A stretch of DNA of 64,000 bases from Pavona decussata (lineage: Eukaryota). The notes under the pieces were generated by a model. The model made no database searches. It had not been told where the DNA came from and was given only the letters and a program-made list of their open reading frames with translations. Each line of letters starts with the position of its first letter. Within the stretch, counting starts at the first letter, position 1. Made by a program: the position numbers and the translations under genes. The DNA is taken from contig CDRNST010000104.1 of the NCBI GenBank assembly GCA_977016875.1, forward strand, positions 1 to 64,000, written 5' to 3'. Shown in pieces: positions 36,889 through 50,545 of the stretch.

Positions 36889-37913
36889 ATGTTGCGGCAA
36901 GCACTTTTGATCTTACTTGCCACAGGGATGCTACAAGCGGGGAAACGGGTAAATAATACTACTCTGGGTGTATGCTTAAATTTTATGCTTAAAAACATGT
37001 TCGAGGCAGTGCTGATCCGATGCAGAGAAGGTAACAGTCAACTTTAAGTTAACACAAACTTAAAAAAAAAAAACGGCCGAAACGGGTATAAAAATCAACG
37101 TGGAAAGTCCCAAGGCCAGTAGCTTGACTTGACCAGCGAAACTTTAGACTTTCCCGATGATAATGTGTATTTACAAAGATTAGGGATACTTTACTGAAAT
37201 TTGTTGACCCAAAGTTACACGCGAAGTTTTTAGGCAGCAGTTCAAGGCGACTGTACCCCAGAATCACACGACTGATGTTTTCCTTCCGTCACCCAAAACA
37301 AAGAAAAAAGAAACGATTAGATTTTGCTGTACACGCCGGGTCTATAGTTTAACTGCAAAAATTATGTTTATTTTTTATTAGAGGCCACTGGCACATTTGT
37401 CCGGGACTATTGGAGAAAGTCGTATATACCCTGCCAACACAGGTAAATAAATGTAAATTGTTGACAGACATTAATATCAGCAGGTTAAGCCTAAAGTTTT
37501 CAGTTGTTGTTCAGTTGATCCTAATTGTAATTTTACACGTCCTTTTCTCGACAGAGCTAACCGATTTTCGGTTGGACAAACCGTTTCGACGGTTCACGTA
37601 TAAGGATGGCCGATTAACAGCCACGGTGGACGGAGTTTATTACATCTACGCCCAAGCTTTTTTCGAGAGCTATCCAAACGGGCCTTCGCTTCATAACCAG
37701 GTGGCTCTTTCCGTAAACGGGATACCAGTGAGCGTATTGCAAACGGGGTTAGGTGGATCGGCAGACTATGGATCGGTAAACACCGGTAGGATAGTGCCGC
37801 TGCATGCGGGTGATTACATCAGCCTTGTCACTATTGATGATAGCAGGATGTGGCTGACTCAACATCACACCTTCTTCGGAGCTTATAGAGTCGCCAAAGT
37901 GCCGAAGGCATGA
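36889..37913 (+). CDS. TNF-superfamily ligand-like gene A (159 aa; exons 36889-36948, 37382-37442, 37555-37913)
   Basis: GT-AG introns in phases 0 and 1 join in frame: MLRQALLILLATGMLQAGKR|RPLAHL...PANT|ELTDF...GVYYIYAQ...LHAGD...TFFGAY, which are TNF homology domain motifs. Confidence 0.88.
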
Positions 37914-40064
37914 GGAACTGCATGTCTCCGTGAAGTAGCAGCCTTTGTAGTGAAATGGTCGGTTTATATTAAAGGGGAGTAAAAAAAAAAGTCTTGTATT
38001 TTACAGCTTTACAAAAGGAAATGTTGCGTGGTAAAATGAGGGAATAACTGATTAAAATAAAACAAGAGTCAAACAGTGGTTTATTCGCTTAGCGAACGAT
38101 CAGGGAGTTGTTGATCGAGTTGCTTTGAGCAGAAGTGTACGAGTGTAAACAAGCTAGTAAAGAGAAATTTATTTGACGTTAGATTTCATATGAGTGAGCG
38201 CAATTTCCAGAACTTGAATTTCTCTAGAATTTTCGGAATTTAAAATTGACAGGGTAAATTTTAATTTTTTTAATACCGGTTAATGCTGAAATATTTGAAT
38301 TCTCAGCAACTAATTGTTTCTTACAACCTGAATGCAGGTTGTGTGGAGATGAGTCAACCAGTTGATTAAAAAACGAGCTGAATGAAAAAGGATTTCTTAG
38401 CGACATATACCTCCCCTTAATCAATATTTACGTTCTTGAACCGAGCGAAATTTTGTTGGTGCATGGAAAAAGTTTCAACTGTCTTCCTTTCGTCAAAAAT
38501 CATTGAATTATTGAAGATGTAATGTTCTTCTGTAAATGAAACGTACCGTAAGTTGTGACCACGCAAATTATGGCCTTTTAGTTGTAATTCTCAATGGTAT
38601 CGTTGGCACGTAACGAAAATAAAGGTTTTCCTTTAATTTTGATTTCTCATAAACACCCGTGATCAGAGAGAAAGGATTAGCAAAAAAAAAAAAAACAAAA
38701 AAAACAAAAACAAATAAAAAACAAACAAAACACAAACTAATCAAATTCTGTTTACTGTTGCCTATATTCATGACAATATCGTTCCCTGGAAACGACAGAA
38801 AAAAAAACTAGTCAAAGTCTGCTCACTGTTGCCTATTCATGACAATATCGTTACGTTCCCTGGAAACGATTCTGGTAGCTAGGAGACCGATTTAAGCATC
38901 AAGCAAACTCAACATGCTGTTGCTAAGTAACACTGTCAATCACCAGTATTACTGCATGTGCCACAAATTTTCGGTGGCGCTGTTTGTTGTCCCGGGACAT
39001 GAAATTGTGCACTTTTGGAATTAAAACTTTATAATTGCACTTCTTGGGTCGATATCTTTTCGGGTTCGAAACGTAGAAAATTATCCTTGTCAATACCCCT
39101 GTAGTATAGCTGTGAAGGGCTAACCACCCGACCGGTTCCTCCCTATGCTCAAAAACTTCATTCTTAGCCATCTTGTAATCAGCACGAGTTGCTAAACTGA
39201 ATTGCTTGTAAGATGCAATGAAGTCTCAATAGCTTCAGATCTCGATTATTCGAACTGCTGCTCAGCGGTGTACGTTTCTTTAGCGAGAACAGTTCGCTGT
39301 TTAATTCCCTTTAAGTTCAAGTAATATTTTGATTAATACGTAGTCCAAAGGTCGCCTTTTAGTCTAAAGGTCGCCCTTTGTTTAGAACCGATGTCAGTCT
39401 TCAGAAACGAATCCCTTCAAAATGAAGCGAAAGTTCGTTTTCTTAGGACGCATGGGAATTACTAGCCCCTGGTGACTCGAAAAAAAGCACCAACTCCAAA
39501 TGATTTTCTATAGCAAGTAACAAAGAGATGAAATTTTTTCTCAATATCCTTTTAATTACCTTTTTTCTTGTTTACAATTATTAAGTTTAAATCTATTCTT
39601 TACTGAATTCTTAAAATCCAACTAACCCCATCTCTAAATTTTGATTTAGGTCGATAGTTCGATCACCGATGATAGTAACTCCTGGTTCGTCTTGAATCGC
39701 TCTAAGAAAATTAACCCTATTTTTTGCAATTAGCTTCAATAATTTGTCATATCTCCCTTTGCGGTTTCAATTAATTTTTTTAACCCCTCTTGAGACTCGT
39801 ATACGTCGAACGACAGCAGTCTCCCTAGCTCAGTTTTTGAAAATCCAAACTTCTCTTCAACTAGCTACACAAGAACACTGAGTTTGTTATTTCACCTAAC
39901 GATTCAAGTTTTCTGAATTCAACCCATCGATTTTATAAATTCAATAAACTGCATTTGTAAAACCTTTACTTTCCCTTATCTTAATGGACATCGAACATTG
40001 AAATCTTGAAAATATTTGCTTTCCATTTTAATGAATAGGATTAAAACTGGAAACTTGTTTGCCT

Positions 40065-40520
40065 CTAGGTGGGTATGTTACTGACTTTATACGCTCCAAA
40101 GAAGGTGTACCCGGGTGTCATCACCACGTTGCTGTCATATACGGTCACCAAGTTTATGTAATCACCACTGTGTAGCTGAGCCAGACCACTGGTGTGCATA
40201 CTGCCATAGTCGGCTTGTCCACCCAGGCCTGTTTGTAAATAACCGAACGTGGTTCCGTTTACACCAAGAGCAACCCGGTTGTGATAGAAAGGCGCGGCGC
40301 TGTAATTGCTGAAAAATATCTGGGCATAGATAAAGTAAGTCCCGCTCTTTTGTGCTATCAGTCGGCCACCGTCAAATGTGAACCTTCGAAATGGCTGGTC
40401 GATTTGAAAGTCGGTAATTTCTGTTTAAGGGAAAAATGAAACTAAAATCAAACAGAGAGAAAGAGGTAGATCGTGTGGTAAATTCAAAGACGTTTAGAAT
40501 TTGCTGTTGAAAATTAAAAC

Positions 40521-40577
<57 letters not shown>

Positions 40578-40864
40578 ACAAAATTACATTCAAAGTTTAC
40601 CTGTATTCGCAGGGTATTTCTGAGGGGCGTTTAAACTCCCGGACACATGGGCCAAAGGCCTCTAAGAAAAACATGAAAATAGATAAGTTTGCTTAAGCAC
40701 TTTTTTTAGTGAAGTTTGCCTTTTGCATAAAAAGAAATCAATGTTGGCTACGAAATATACAAACCCGATGCCAAACAATTCCCTCAATTATAAGACAATT
40801 ATATTTCAAAACACGGGGTTCTCAACCAGAGAGGATTTGAAGCAACGATTTAGGCCTTATCACC

Positions 40865-40896
<32 letters not shown>

Positions 40897-41081
40897 TTTT
40901 TTATTTCACGGAGTCTGAAAATGTTATGGAAGCTGAAGTCATGACTGAACGACGTATCAGAAATTGAAGGGAAAAAATCGTGGTTATCTCACTGAAATAT
41001 TAATTTTAATCTTACCTTCCTGCCCCCTCTGGCTTGATTTATTCCCGTGAGAAGGAAGAGGAAAATAACCTGACGCAACAT
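40065..41081 (-). CDS. TNF-superfamily ligand-like gene B (160 aa; exons 41081-41016, 40661-40601, 40420-40065)
   Basis: Hand translation gives MLRQVIFLFLLTGINQARGGRK|RPLAHVSGSLNAPQKYPANT|EITDFQIDQPFRRFTF...GTYFIYAQIFF...LQTGLGGQADYGS...LHSGDYI...TFFGAYKVSNIPT*. Intron phases and the 61-nt exon 2 match gene A. Confidence 0.88.
40521..40573. repeat. (AAT)n microsatellite in intron 2 of TNF-like gene B
   Basis: Direct trinucleotide run. Confidence 0.95.
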
Positions 41082-44051
41082 GAGTGACAATCGGTACCCA
41101 ACGGAAATCAGCACTGAATGGACACGCCAGCTAGGAAGAAGGGGAAGAATAAAAAAAAAAGACTTCTCTATTTTTCTCATAAAGGACTATCGAGTGAACG
41201 TATCACTTTGAATTGCCAAAAAACTGACAGATTTGTATCGATTGAAATGTTAAAATAATTTTTCACTTTTTTTGACAATTACACTACTTGTGCATTGAAA
41301 CTAGTATTCATTATTTTTGGCTTTGGATGGCCTGAATGGAAAAGGATTGCAACTTGAAGAACTGGTCATTTTTTTTAAGTTCTTCCCGAAAACTGATTAT
41401 GGCTTGCTTTTCCTCAGAGAAATCATTCAATGGCTTTCTTCAGATGTTGTAAGAGCAATTTCAATTGAGCAGTTTTAACAAAAGTAAAGGAAAATCTCCG
41501 TGACAATGCCCCTTTAAGACCTTTTTTCTTTCTAAACCCTTTGACGGGTCGTTGAAAACGAACATTACCTGCTTTGAAGTTGAAAACCAAGCGTCGCTGG
41601 ACGGTCGAAGTCTGTTTTAGCCTAAATGGATTCAGCTTTGCTAAATTGGCCTAATTTTTAAGCATCTTGATTGATTAGTAAACATGAAGTGACCAATCAG
41701 AGCCCTTGAAGATCGTCGTTTGTATATCGTGATGTTTTCTTATAGATATCGCGTGCAATGGCTTATGGAGCCTTTTATCAAATGACATGCATTCTTTGGG
41801 ATGGCCTTCTCGTTCCTAAATAACGGACGGGTTTAATTATTGACAATAAGTTTATTTTAATTTAGCCGTTGGAAAGTCCCATTATCTCATTCAAGAGAGA
41901 CCTTGTCTTTACAAAATGTATTTACAAATTTACATTTTTAATTTGTTGTATTTCGAACATGCCAATTTTAACGAAGGGTCTATTGTTCCCTTACTTTATT
42001 GATTTTAAACAGGCTTTCTTGAATACGAAAAGTTTGTGGCAATGGCCAAGGATACGAAACTTTAAACAAGCTTTGCAGCTAAAATCTTATTATCTGGGCT
42101 TGTCTAACTTGTTCCATTCGATTGATCCAGGAAGTAATAAAAACCGAGAAACGTGTGCACGGTACTAGCCATCATCTAAATATTAATAAATAAGACTAGC
42201 ATAAGAACTAAAAAAGTAACATTTTTGTAAGGCTTTTCTTTGTTCATGTGTCAATGTTTCTCACAGATTCAATCTCTGACGCTTCTAAATAAACAATAAT
42301 GAACCTGAGAATGATGTATAGTTTTATTTTATTTAAATTTTTCGTTGATATAAACGTTTTTATGATTATGCGCATTTTGGGAACCAGGATTAATGCGTGA
42401 TACTGACACTTGAAAATATGGTAACTCTTCCGTTTAATCATTTAGCCCGAGTAGAAGTCATTACCTTGTTTCAAATTCTTGTACGCTATACGGAAGAGCA
42501 TATTATCTTAAAATGTCTTGCTAAGAGTAAAACGGAAAGATATTTACCGTAGTTAACTATTATTTATCACATGCCTTGAAGAATGAGCCAATCAGAAAGC
42601 TAGAAAACTCTTGCACATGATTCTGTGATATCACACTGGGGCCGTAGGAAAGGTATAACATTTCGATCTCTGCGTTCATCACTGTTGACAGGGACTGTTA
42701 GGTATACAGAAAACTGGTCTATTGGAAGATCAGCTGGATCAGCCCAAAACACCTCAACTTCGGATCTTCTGGAATTCGTTTGGAAGTTTTCGACACTTTG
42801 AGTAATAAATCAGAAAATAGATCAAAATTTTTCAGTGATCTTGAGATAACCTGTAGTAAATTTTCGGAAAATGACGAGTGAAACATAACTGAAATCGGGC
42901 ATATTTTAAGTATTTTAGAAGCAGAGAATAAGTATTTATGCGACGCCTTCTCTTGGTATGCTGTTATTATTACACCATGTTAGCCTGTGTGCAGGCGTGT
43001 AAAAATATTTCGGACCCAAAAAAGTGTTTTACATGCACAAAATTAATAACCAAAAATTTTTTACAATTTGAAAAGCAAAACAGTATTTAGGTTTTCCAAG
43101 ACTAAGAAACATATAGAGTTAGCTTTTACGAAAAAAAACAAACAAACAAAAAAAAAAAAAAAAAAAAAACGAAAATGGAAAATTTGAGAAAAAAACGGCT
43201 ACTGGAACACTTTCGAGAGCTCTTTGCTTCTCGTGACCAGGCCTTATCGGCTAACAGGTTGTGGACCCTGTAGAGTCTCTTTTTGAATGCTAGATTCTGA
43301 AGCCAGGACATGATTGGTCACATCGCTGATTATTGACATGTTTGTGGTAATTGTTGACATCCATGAAGACATGCAATCGTAATTTGCACATCGCATCTCC
43401 AATCGCAATTAAAATAAACGCTCGCGATGTTCATAGTTGAACATAACTTTAGGGGTAAATTTGGAACTAATGGAAAAAAGGCTTTTCATTTAGAGTAGGT
43501 GGAACGTGCCCCTGGGCTTATTCAACTTCAGTGTTTGGTGGGTGGGGGGGGGGGGGGAGGCTTTTATCCGTTGGCATAGCTTATGAGGGTCTGAAGAAAA
43601 CGTTCAAGTTTAGATTATTTGTTGTTGTTTGTTTACAGATAGATGGGCCGATAAGCCAGGGGACATTTTACGATGGCATAGCATCTTGGTGATCTCAACT
43701 TAACCAAGTTATCAATCTACAACGGCAAGATGCCAGGACGAACAAACTCTTTAATTTCATCCGTCTTTTATAATCTTTGCATAAATTTGGCCCGTGTAAT
43801 AAGAAACAAACGGTCTATCTACAAAGAAACGTTTAGTGCTAATATACCCGTCTGACGGATGCGTTTATCCGTTTTTGCGCGACAATGAAAAGTAGCCCAC
43901 CACAAACGTCTAACAGTTAGCCTGTCAAATGAGTAACATCAGTGGAGGGTGTTCCTTATCGTTTCTCAAACTCATTAATAATTCATAAAGAAAAAAAACG
44001 GAAATCTCTACCACGAAGGGGATTTGGAAATGTGATCTTAATTATCATGAT

Positions 44052-44650
44052 ATTCTTGGTTTTCACGTGACGTCACCAAATTCTAGAATTCAAAACTGGG
44101 AGGCCTACAAAATTTTTACCTTCATTCAAGGAAAGATTACCTAAAAATATGTCTGTTCACAATTTCTTAGCTCGATGTCGTGCTTCCTTTTGAAAATAGA
44201 ACAGTTTCAATTTCCGAGTTTCCATCGTGCGTGACATCAGGAGGACGGCCGTGACAGAGCTTTTCCGTATCTTAAAAATGACTCTTCGGGTGATTTTCAG
44301 CATTCTAAACAATTTAAGTTTGAGGAGAAATATTAATCTAAACATTCGAAAATTCACAAGGGCAAACAAACATCTTTTCTGGCAAAAGTGAACTCCAGAT
44401 GTTTTTTCCTATTTCCGGTCGCCATGTTTGTGCCCCTCGGAGGGACACAAACATGGCGTCTCCATACTAAACTTTATAAATTTATGTGGAACATTTTGTC
44501 AAATAACTCGAGTACGGAATGCCGCACAGACCTGACACTTGGAAAAATGCCTTATTTATTTATCCTCTATACCAGGTCAATTTCTTGACTTCATTTATGG
44601 AATGATTTCAATTTTTTTTTTTCAATGGCGTGACAGTGAAAACCGAGAAT
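44052..44650. mobile_element. Non-autonomous TIR element
   Basis: ATTCTTGGTTTTCAC... / ...GTGAAAACCGAGAAT ends. Confidence 0.65.
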
Positions 44651-44904
44651 TTGGTGAACTTTTGCATTAAATTTGTCCAACAATTATTAATAGTTTGAGA
44701 AGCTATATCTGCGCCTGGTTTTTTCAGCCCACTTCTCCGAATTTTGGAAATCGGATGATACTTTATTCCTCGTGTTTGATACATTGCGTAAATTATTTTG
44801 TTTCTCTCTGAGTTGACCTTATCAGGAACGTTTTCGCCGTTTAAACTTTTTGGTTATGCCAGCACAAATAGTTCTAACTTGTAACCAGGGTTGAAAAGCC
44901 ATAA

Positions 44905-45212
44905 AGGCCCGTTTAAACGGTTTCAACATTTGACCAACATTCGTTCAACAAAAGTTGTACGGGTGTTGGGTATATGTTGGATGAACGGAGTGTTCGAACG
45001 GCTTCAACGCAATTCAACATTTTCGACAACAACAGAAAATGTTGAATCGATGTTGAGTGAAAGTTTAAACCAATTTAAATTTGATTCAACACACTTTCAA
45101 CAAGCTTTAGACATTTTTTACGCTTTTAACAACGTTAAACGACCTGTTCAAACGCCCAACAACTGTGTTGAACGTATGTTGAAGCAAATGTTGAAACCGT
45201 TTAAACGGGCCT
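44905..45212. mobile_element. PIF/Harbinger-like MITE
   Basis: ~28-bp TIR AGGCCCGTTTAAACGGTTTCAACATTTG, TA-rich flanks and internal TTCAAC/GTTGAA subrepeats. Confidence 0.75.
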
Positions 45213-45269
45213 TATGGAGTAATAACAAAGAACGCGACGTTTTTCAACGTAATAAAAAAATTTTCTCCT

Positions 45270-45452
45270 ATAGACCTTATTCCAAAATGGCTACTATTTT
45301 AACATTCTTTTGTTCGTTTTCAAATTAGCCCTTCTTACCTCGTTCTTAAGCTCAAAAATCAAAAGATTATTTTACCTTGAACGAGGCAAGAAGGGCTAAT
45401 TTGAATGCAAACAAAAGAATGTTAAAATGGAAGCCATTTTGGAATAAGGCTA
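45270..45452. mobile_element. Inverted-repeat MITE
   Basis: CCTTATTCCAAAATGGCT...TTTTAACATTCTTTTGTT / AACAAAAGAATGTTAAAA...AGCCATTTTGGAATAAGG. Confidence 0.7.
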
Positions 45453-48400
45453 ACTTTATTGCTGACGCTATAACAGGCTTCTCTTGTTTATTTAGATTTT
45501 GAGTTTCATTAAACTTATTTACAGACCTATGATCCCTTTTCTATTTCACATTTTATTAAATGCTTCTCTATGATTTGTTTCATTGCGTCTATGTTATGTC
45601 ACGTTTTCGACAACGGGCGCTTTACGCACAAAACCCACCGTTCGTGAAATCTAGCTTGGCAGACACAACGCCACAAACTCACCCGCTCTGAATCTGAAGC
45701 AATATTTACTGACTAGATGGCTTCATTTGATCAAGGAACACTCTTCTCCCTCACCCCTTCACACGAACGCGTGCAATAGTTAGCCCACAACAATTGTGCG
45801 TTGAGCCAATCAGAATGGAGGAAAATCCATTCATTTTTAACAAGAAATTTGGTGATATCATTGAACAATAGCCCACGTGAATATCTAATCACGTTTGGTC
45901 CAAATGACCAATGAACGATGTTTGCACCTTACGCTATGAATTATTAGTAGTAGTTACATAAGTTTTCCTTCCTCCTGTGATATTAAACAATAGCTCACCA
46001 AAAATGTCCGACAGTGAGCAACTGGTCCAACGGACTGAGACGACCAATACCAACGAAGTGTACACATGTATGACTTGTAAATTATTAGCAACGGTCAAAC
46101 GGTATGGTTAAGGATTTTCAGGATCACACCTGGCGTAAGGTTGCTGCTACGATTTAACAGGAATTATTCGACGATTAAGTTTTGAGGTAGGTCAGAGAAA
46201 TTTTTATGCATTATTTCTTTTGTTTATTTTCATTTTCATTTATGTACACTTTCAAGGAAAGTAACTTTGAATGGTTTTTAATTGTTATCATCTGAAAATA
46301 TCCCTTGTAAGAAACAATTTTAAACTATCTCGTACATTCAGTTAAGGGCAAGAAAAGTCATGCAATATTTGCTTTAATGCCAATGTTCTATACCACTTTT
46401 AGACAATTGAAAAATATTATTTATTCGGCTGGGGGCTACAATTTCATTTCGCGAGTCAAAACACCGATGTCGTCGTTCCAGAAATATGAACTGAACGTTC
46501 TTTCGTACCCAAAAGGAATTTGTTTTAATTTCAGATGTGACTTATAATCGACGTCACATGTTAGTAAAAACGAAACTATTTTATGGAGCGATCGGTCGTA
46601 AATCCGAATATTTGAGGAAAGCTTTGCCAACAGCGATAATTTTGAAACGGGCCGAAGAATTTATCGTGGTTCCTAGAGCTTATTTTATAAAAATTTCGGT
46701 TGTCCAATTTAGGACCATTTAGATGAGAAATCTCTTGATAAACGGTACGCCTTGTAAAATCTGCTAAGACTGTTTTAAATGGCGAAATTTAATGAACCAG
46801 AAAAAGTCATCCGACCTGTTATTTGTGGAAGGTTTCTTCGAGTTTTCTCCGGCTTGCGTCTCCGATTGCCTTCAAAACTTCGACTTTCGAGTGCTTTATT
46901 CAACTCCGTCTGAGTAAGTTCGAAAGCAACAGACAATAACCAGCTTATGCCACCTAGCCTCGGTGACCTCTCAAAATGCATTAGTACGCGTTCACTTCCG
47001 TTCATCTGAGTTCAGCACTGAATGATTAAAACGATACTAAAATGGTGGTTCATTTTATTTTAACACGAAAGCCTAACTACTCCCTAAATAAATCAATTTG
47101 AAGATACATCTCGAGTGTTGTTTTGACGTATTGGAAACTAAAACCGCTCCATTCATCAACCTTAGCGTGTCGGTAGTAAACGTGTCCCAAGGCTTGAATT
47201 ATTTTTCAGTAATCCTCCTCAGGTTATGAAGAGTGATGATAACATCTCCTTGCCCATTTTAAGTCAATTACAACTCGATAAAACGATATCCTACAATTTT
47301 GTCGATTTACATTTCAGAAACAGCGTTTTAACTTTTTTAAGTCTGCTGGGAGGTATCTTTTGCCACCCATTCATTTGGACCCCATTTGTTGAGTTGCTCC
47401 ACTTGCTAGAAAAAGAAATCTTTCTCTAGATAACTTATTCACTGGCCAGTGCAGTGACTACATTTTACGGAATGCGGACACTTACTCGTGAATGTAGTGT
47501 GCTCATCGACTCGGAATAAAGGAATCTAGCAACCCTAACCAATTCTAATTTTATTGAACAATTATTGAGCAATTTGGCTACAATAGAAACGTCTAACAGC
47601 GACTGTCTTTCTTGATGTCGCGACACGTTCCAATGAACGAAGCTTGCACAATGCCTTATGAATTATTAGCAATCATTCGATGACTCACCCGTCTTTTTGT
47701 CATATTAAACAGTAGCCCACCACGAACGTCCAGGAGTGACTATATGATACTAATGAATGAAACGACCAGAAAAAAAAGAAGAGTACTCTTAAAGTATAAA
47801 TTATTAACAATTGTAAAACGATATGGTCGAAGGTTTTAAAGTTAAGGCTGCCTTTTGTTTTAAACTTCCTCTGTTTGAGGTGAGTGAGATATTTTTTGGT
47901 TTGAATTGCAGTAGTAGTTTCTTTTTAGTTAATCACCCCTTTTGAGCACTACTATTTACAAAAAAAACAATATATAACATGGTAAATTCATGGAAATTTC
48001 CGCGAAAAAGAAAGGTTTGTGTGCACCTTTTTATCCACAAGCGTAAAGTATTTTCCCAAATGTAGTTTTATTCTTTCTTATTTCATTTTAGGGTCTTTAA
48101 AAGGAAGTTTTCTTTATCGCAATTAAGCACTTTTCAGTTGTGGTATGTTAGATATTTTAGTGGCGAGTAAGAGCTAAGGAAAAACGCGTTATTTCGTCCA
48201 TTGACGAACCATACATTGCTGCCTTCCCTAAGTGATATTTGAACCATTTCCACATCAATCACTTTTTGCTTTGTCATGTTACGAAAGAATGAAGTTAACG
48301 TTTACAAAATAAAACATCTGAATCTGAATATAACAGAAAATTGAACCCCTTCAACCAATTATTTTAAGAAAACAATCTGGAAGTTCAGGTTATGCTGCAA

Positions 48401-49029
48401 TGCATTTTAGACAACAGCTCTTAAATGTTAGCTCAACTCTTTTTAAAACGGTGTCAAGAGTACATGATCTAAAAGAGCGAAATCCTTCGCCCCATATCAC
48501 GATAATAGTTTTCAATCTTTCAATCTATTATTAGCTTCCGAAGCTCGCTTTCTAAGGCATTATAATTACATTGATTCCCATGACCGGCTCAGCGAGATCA
48601 AAAGTCATAGTCATGCTAGCTTGTCGCGTTATAGGATATGCACAATGGATATTTTTTGTGATATCAAACGAAACTTTACCTCAAAATTGTTTCTTACAGG
48701 TCGCACCAACATTCCTACATTCTTCTAACTTTCCAACTTTTCAAATTGCTCATTCAACTAGAAATCTCGGAAAACTTAAGTTATTTACATGCGAGGTATG
48801 GCTTTGTTGTCAGAAAGTTGTATCTTGTTACAAACTGCGGTGCAGAGTCAAAGCCCACAAGCAGCGAAATTGCTAAGGCATTACAAAACTAGGCTTGTCC
48901 TCAGAATCGATTCTTATTGGGGGAAAAACATTTTCTTACCTTTCAAATGACTCATTAAATGTTGAAACTGGCAAAGACAGTTTGATAAAATAAATTTATG
49001 TGCCAGCGAAGTTATCATAAATTGGTTAC

Positions 49030-49650
49030 AAATCGTCGTGTTGTATACTGGCAGACGAATTAAAGCTGACAAAGTCGCTTTAAAGCCCCACCAGGGCTTT
49101 GGTAACCTATTTCCCAAGCCTAAAGACCCCGTTCCAAAAGATCAGGCGCGCGACGTAATTTATTCTATTCCGTGCAAAGTTTGCGACAAACCGGCTACGT
49201 CGGGGAGACCAAACGGAAATTTAATACTCGACTCAGAGAACACCAAAAGCGGTCGAACAAAAACATCCCAAGAAATCTGCACTCGCCGAACATTGTTTAC
49301 AATCTGGTCACACTATCTCGTGGAAATCGTCTACAATATTACATCAGTGCCAGCTCAAGTTGGCGAACCCGACGCCTTTTGGAAGCATGGAAAATCAACA
49401 CGTGCAAAAGTTCACTCAATCGCGATGACGGCATGTACCTGCCCAAAGAGTACAGGGCCTTGACTTCATTGGACAAAAACTAACCCTCTAATATATTCCG
49501 TTTTTACTAGCAACTACGCGATCTTAAATAAACTTGTCACTTCGCTTGTATTTTATTACCCCTGAACAAGGCTTATACAAGTAGCCGAAACGTTGGGACA
49601 TTAAGATCTTTTTAATACCTTTCAACCAGTGTAACATTTTTATATTTATT
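49030..49650 (+). mobile_element. Penelope-like element 3' fragment (GIY-YIG endonuclease plus hammerhead-bearing terminal region)
   Basis: Frameshifted VIYSIPCKVCDK / YVGETKRKFNTRLREH / RRLLEAWKI..LNRDDG, followed by a hammerhead-like motif at 49559-49597. Confidence 0.85.
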
Positions 49651-50379
49651 AAGGGGCATAATTGTTTGGATATAACACTAAGCTTGATCTCAGAATCGTT
49701 TTATGTCGGATCCATAATATTGCAACCTCTTAGTTTTGAAATGGTTCTAAAAGCATTGCCAGAGAGAATTGAAGCTCGTTTCTCCTCTTCATGTTATGAC
49801 ACAATTACAGAACCTCCTGATTAGCCATAACTTTCAACCAGAAGTCAGTCTCTCAGTGTTTTCTGTAGACATTTTACTGGTGTCTAAACATAACCTGTTA
49901 TCAGACTTGACATATTCAAGTTTATTTTCACGCAATTGTCACTAGCCCAACTAAAAGAATGGAGCGAATTCTCGCGTAGGTGAGGTTCTTTTAGTTGGCG
50001 ATTCTAGTTGGCCATTCTTTTAGTTGGCGAATTCTTTGTACGGCCCAATCTTTTCACAAGCGCAGAATCACCGACGGCTTAATGGTCCAACAATGGAGTC
50101 CCAGTCTGAACAAACAAGTCCCGACCATTCTTACGTACGTAGTGAAACTGTTCCCATCGGGAATCACCTAAAGCATATAAAATATGCGGACGGTCTTTTA
50201 CCCTGAGGATGACTTGTTTAATCGAAAACGTTTGGTTTTTAATATCTTTTTAACTTTTTAGCCTTGTAAATAGTATTTTAAATCTCAAGCGAATATTATG
50301 GACAACATTTCATAAAATGCTGTATTATTTTTATCGTGACTCTATCTTTCTCAAGTTTCAGCTGGTTTCTTGCTCTACG

Positions 50380-50545
50380 TTCTTTCAGTTTACCCATCCT
50401 CATAGCCTTTGCTTCGTTCATTTACAGTTCATCTTTAGACCCATTTCCTGGCCAAAGTATAATCATGCTCTTTGTAAATGAAGTTATGTGGTTACAAATT
50501 AGAGTTGTGTCGTCAGCAAACAGCCTCAGAGTTAAGGTTGGAGCT
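50380..50545 (-). mobile_element. Small LINE RT relic
   Basis: The minus strand reads RLFADDT (RT catalytic motif); flanks are degenerate. Confidence 0.4.

Noticed and set aside
37410-37554. Type II TM anchor in the 167-aa ORF
   Set aside because: The hydrophobic stretch is translated intron 2; the paralog confirms the splice sites.
38923-39171. 82-aa ORF between the TNF genes
   Set aside because: No recognisable domain and no independent support.
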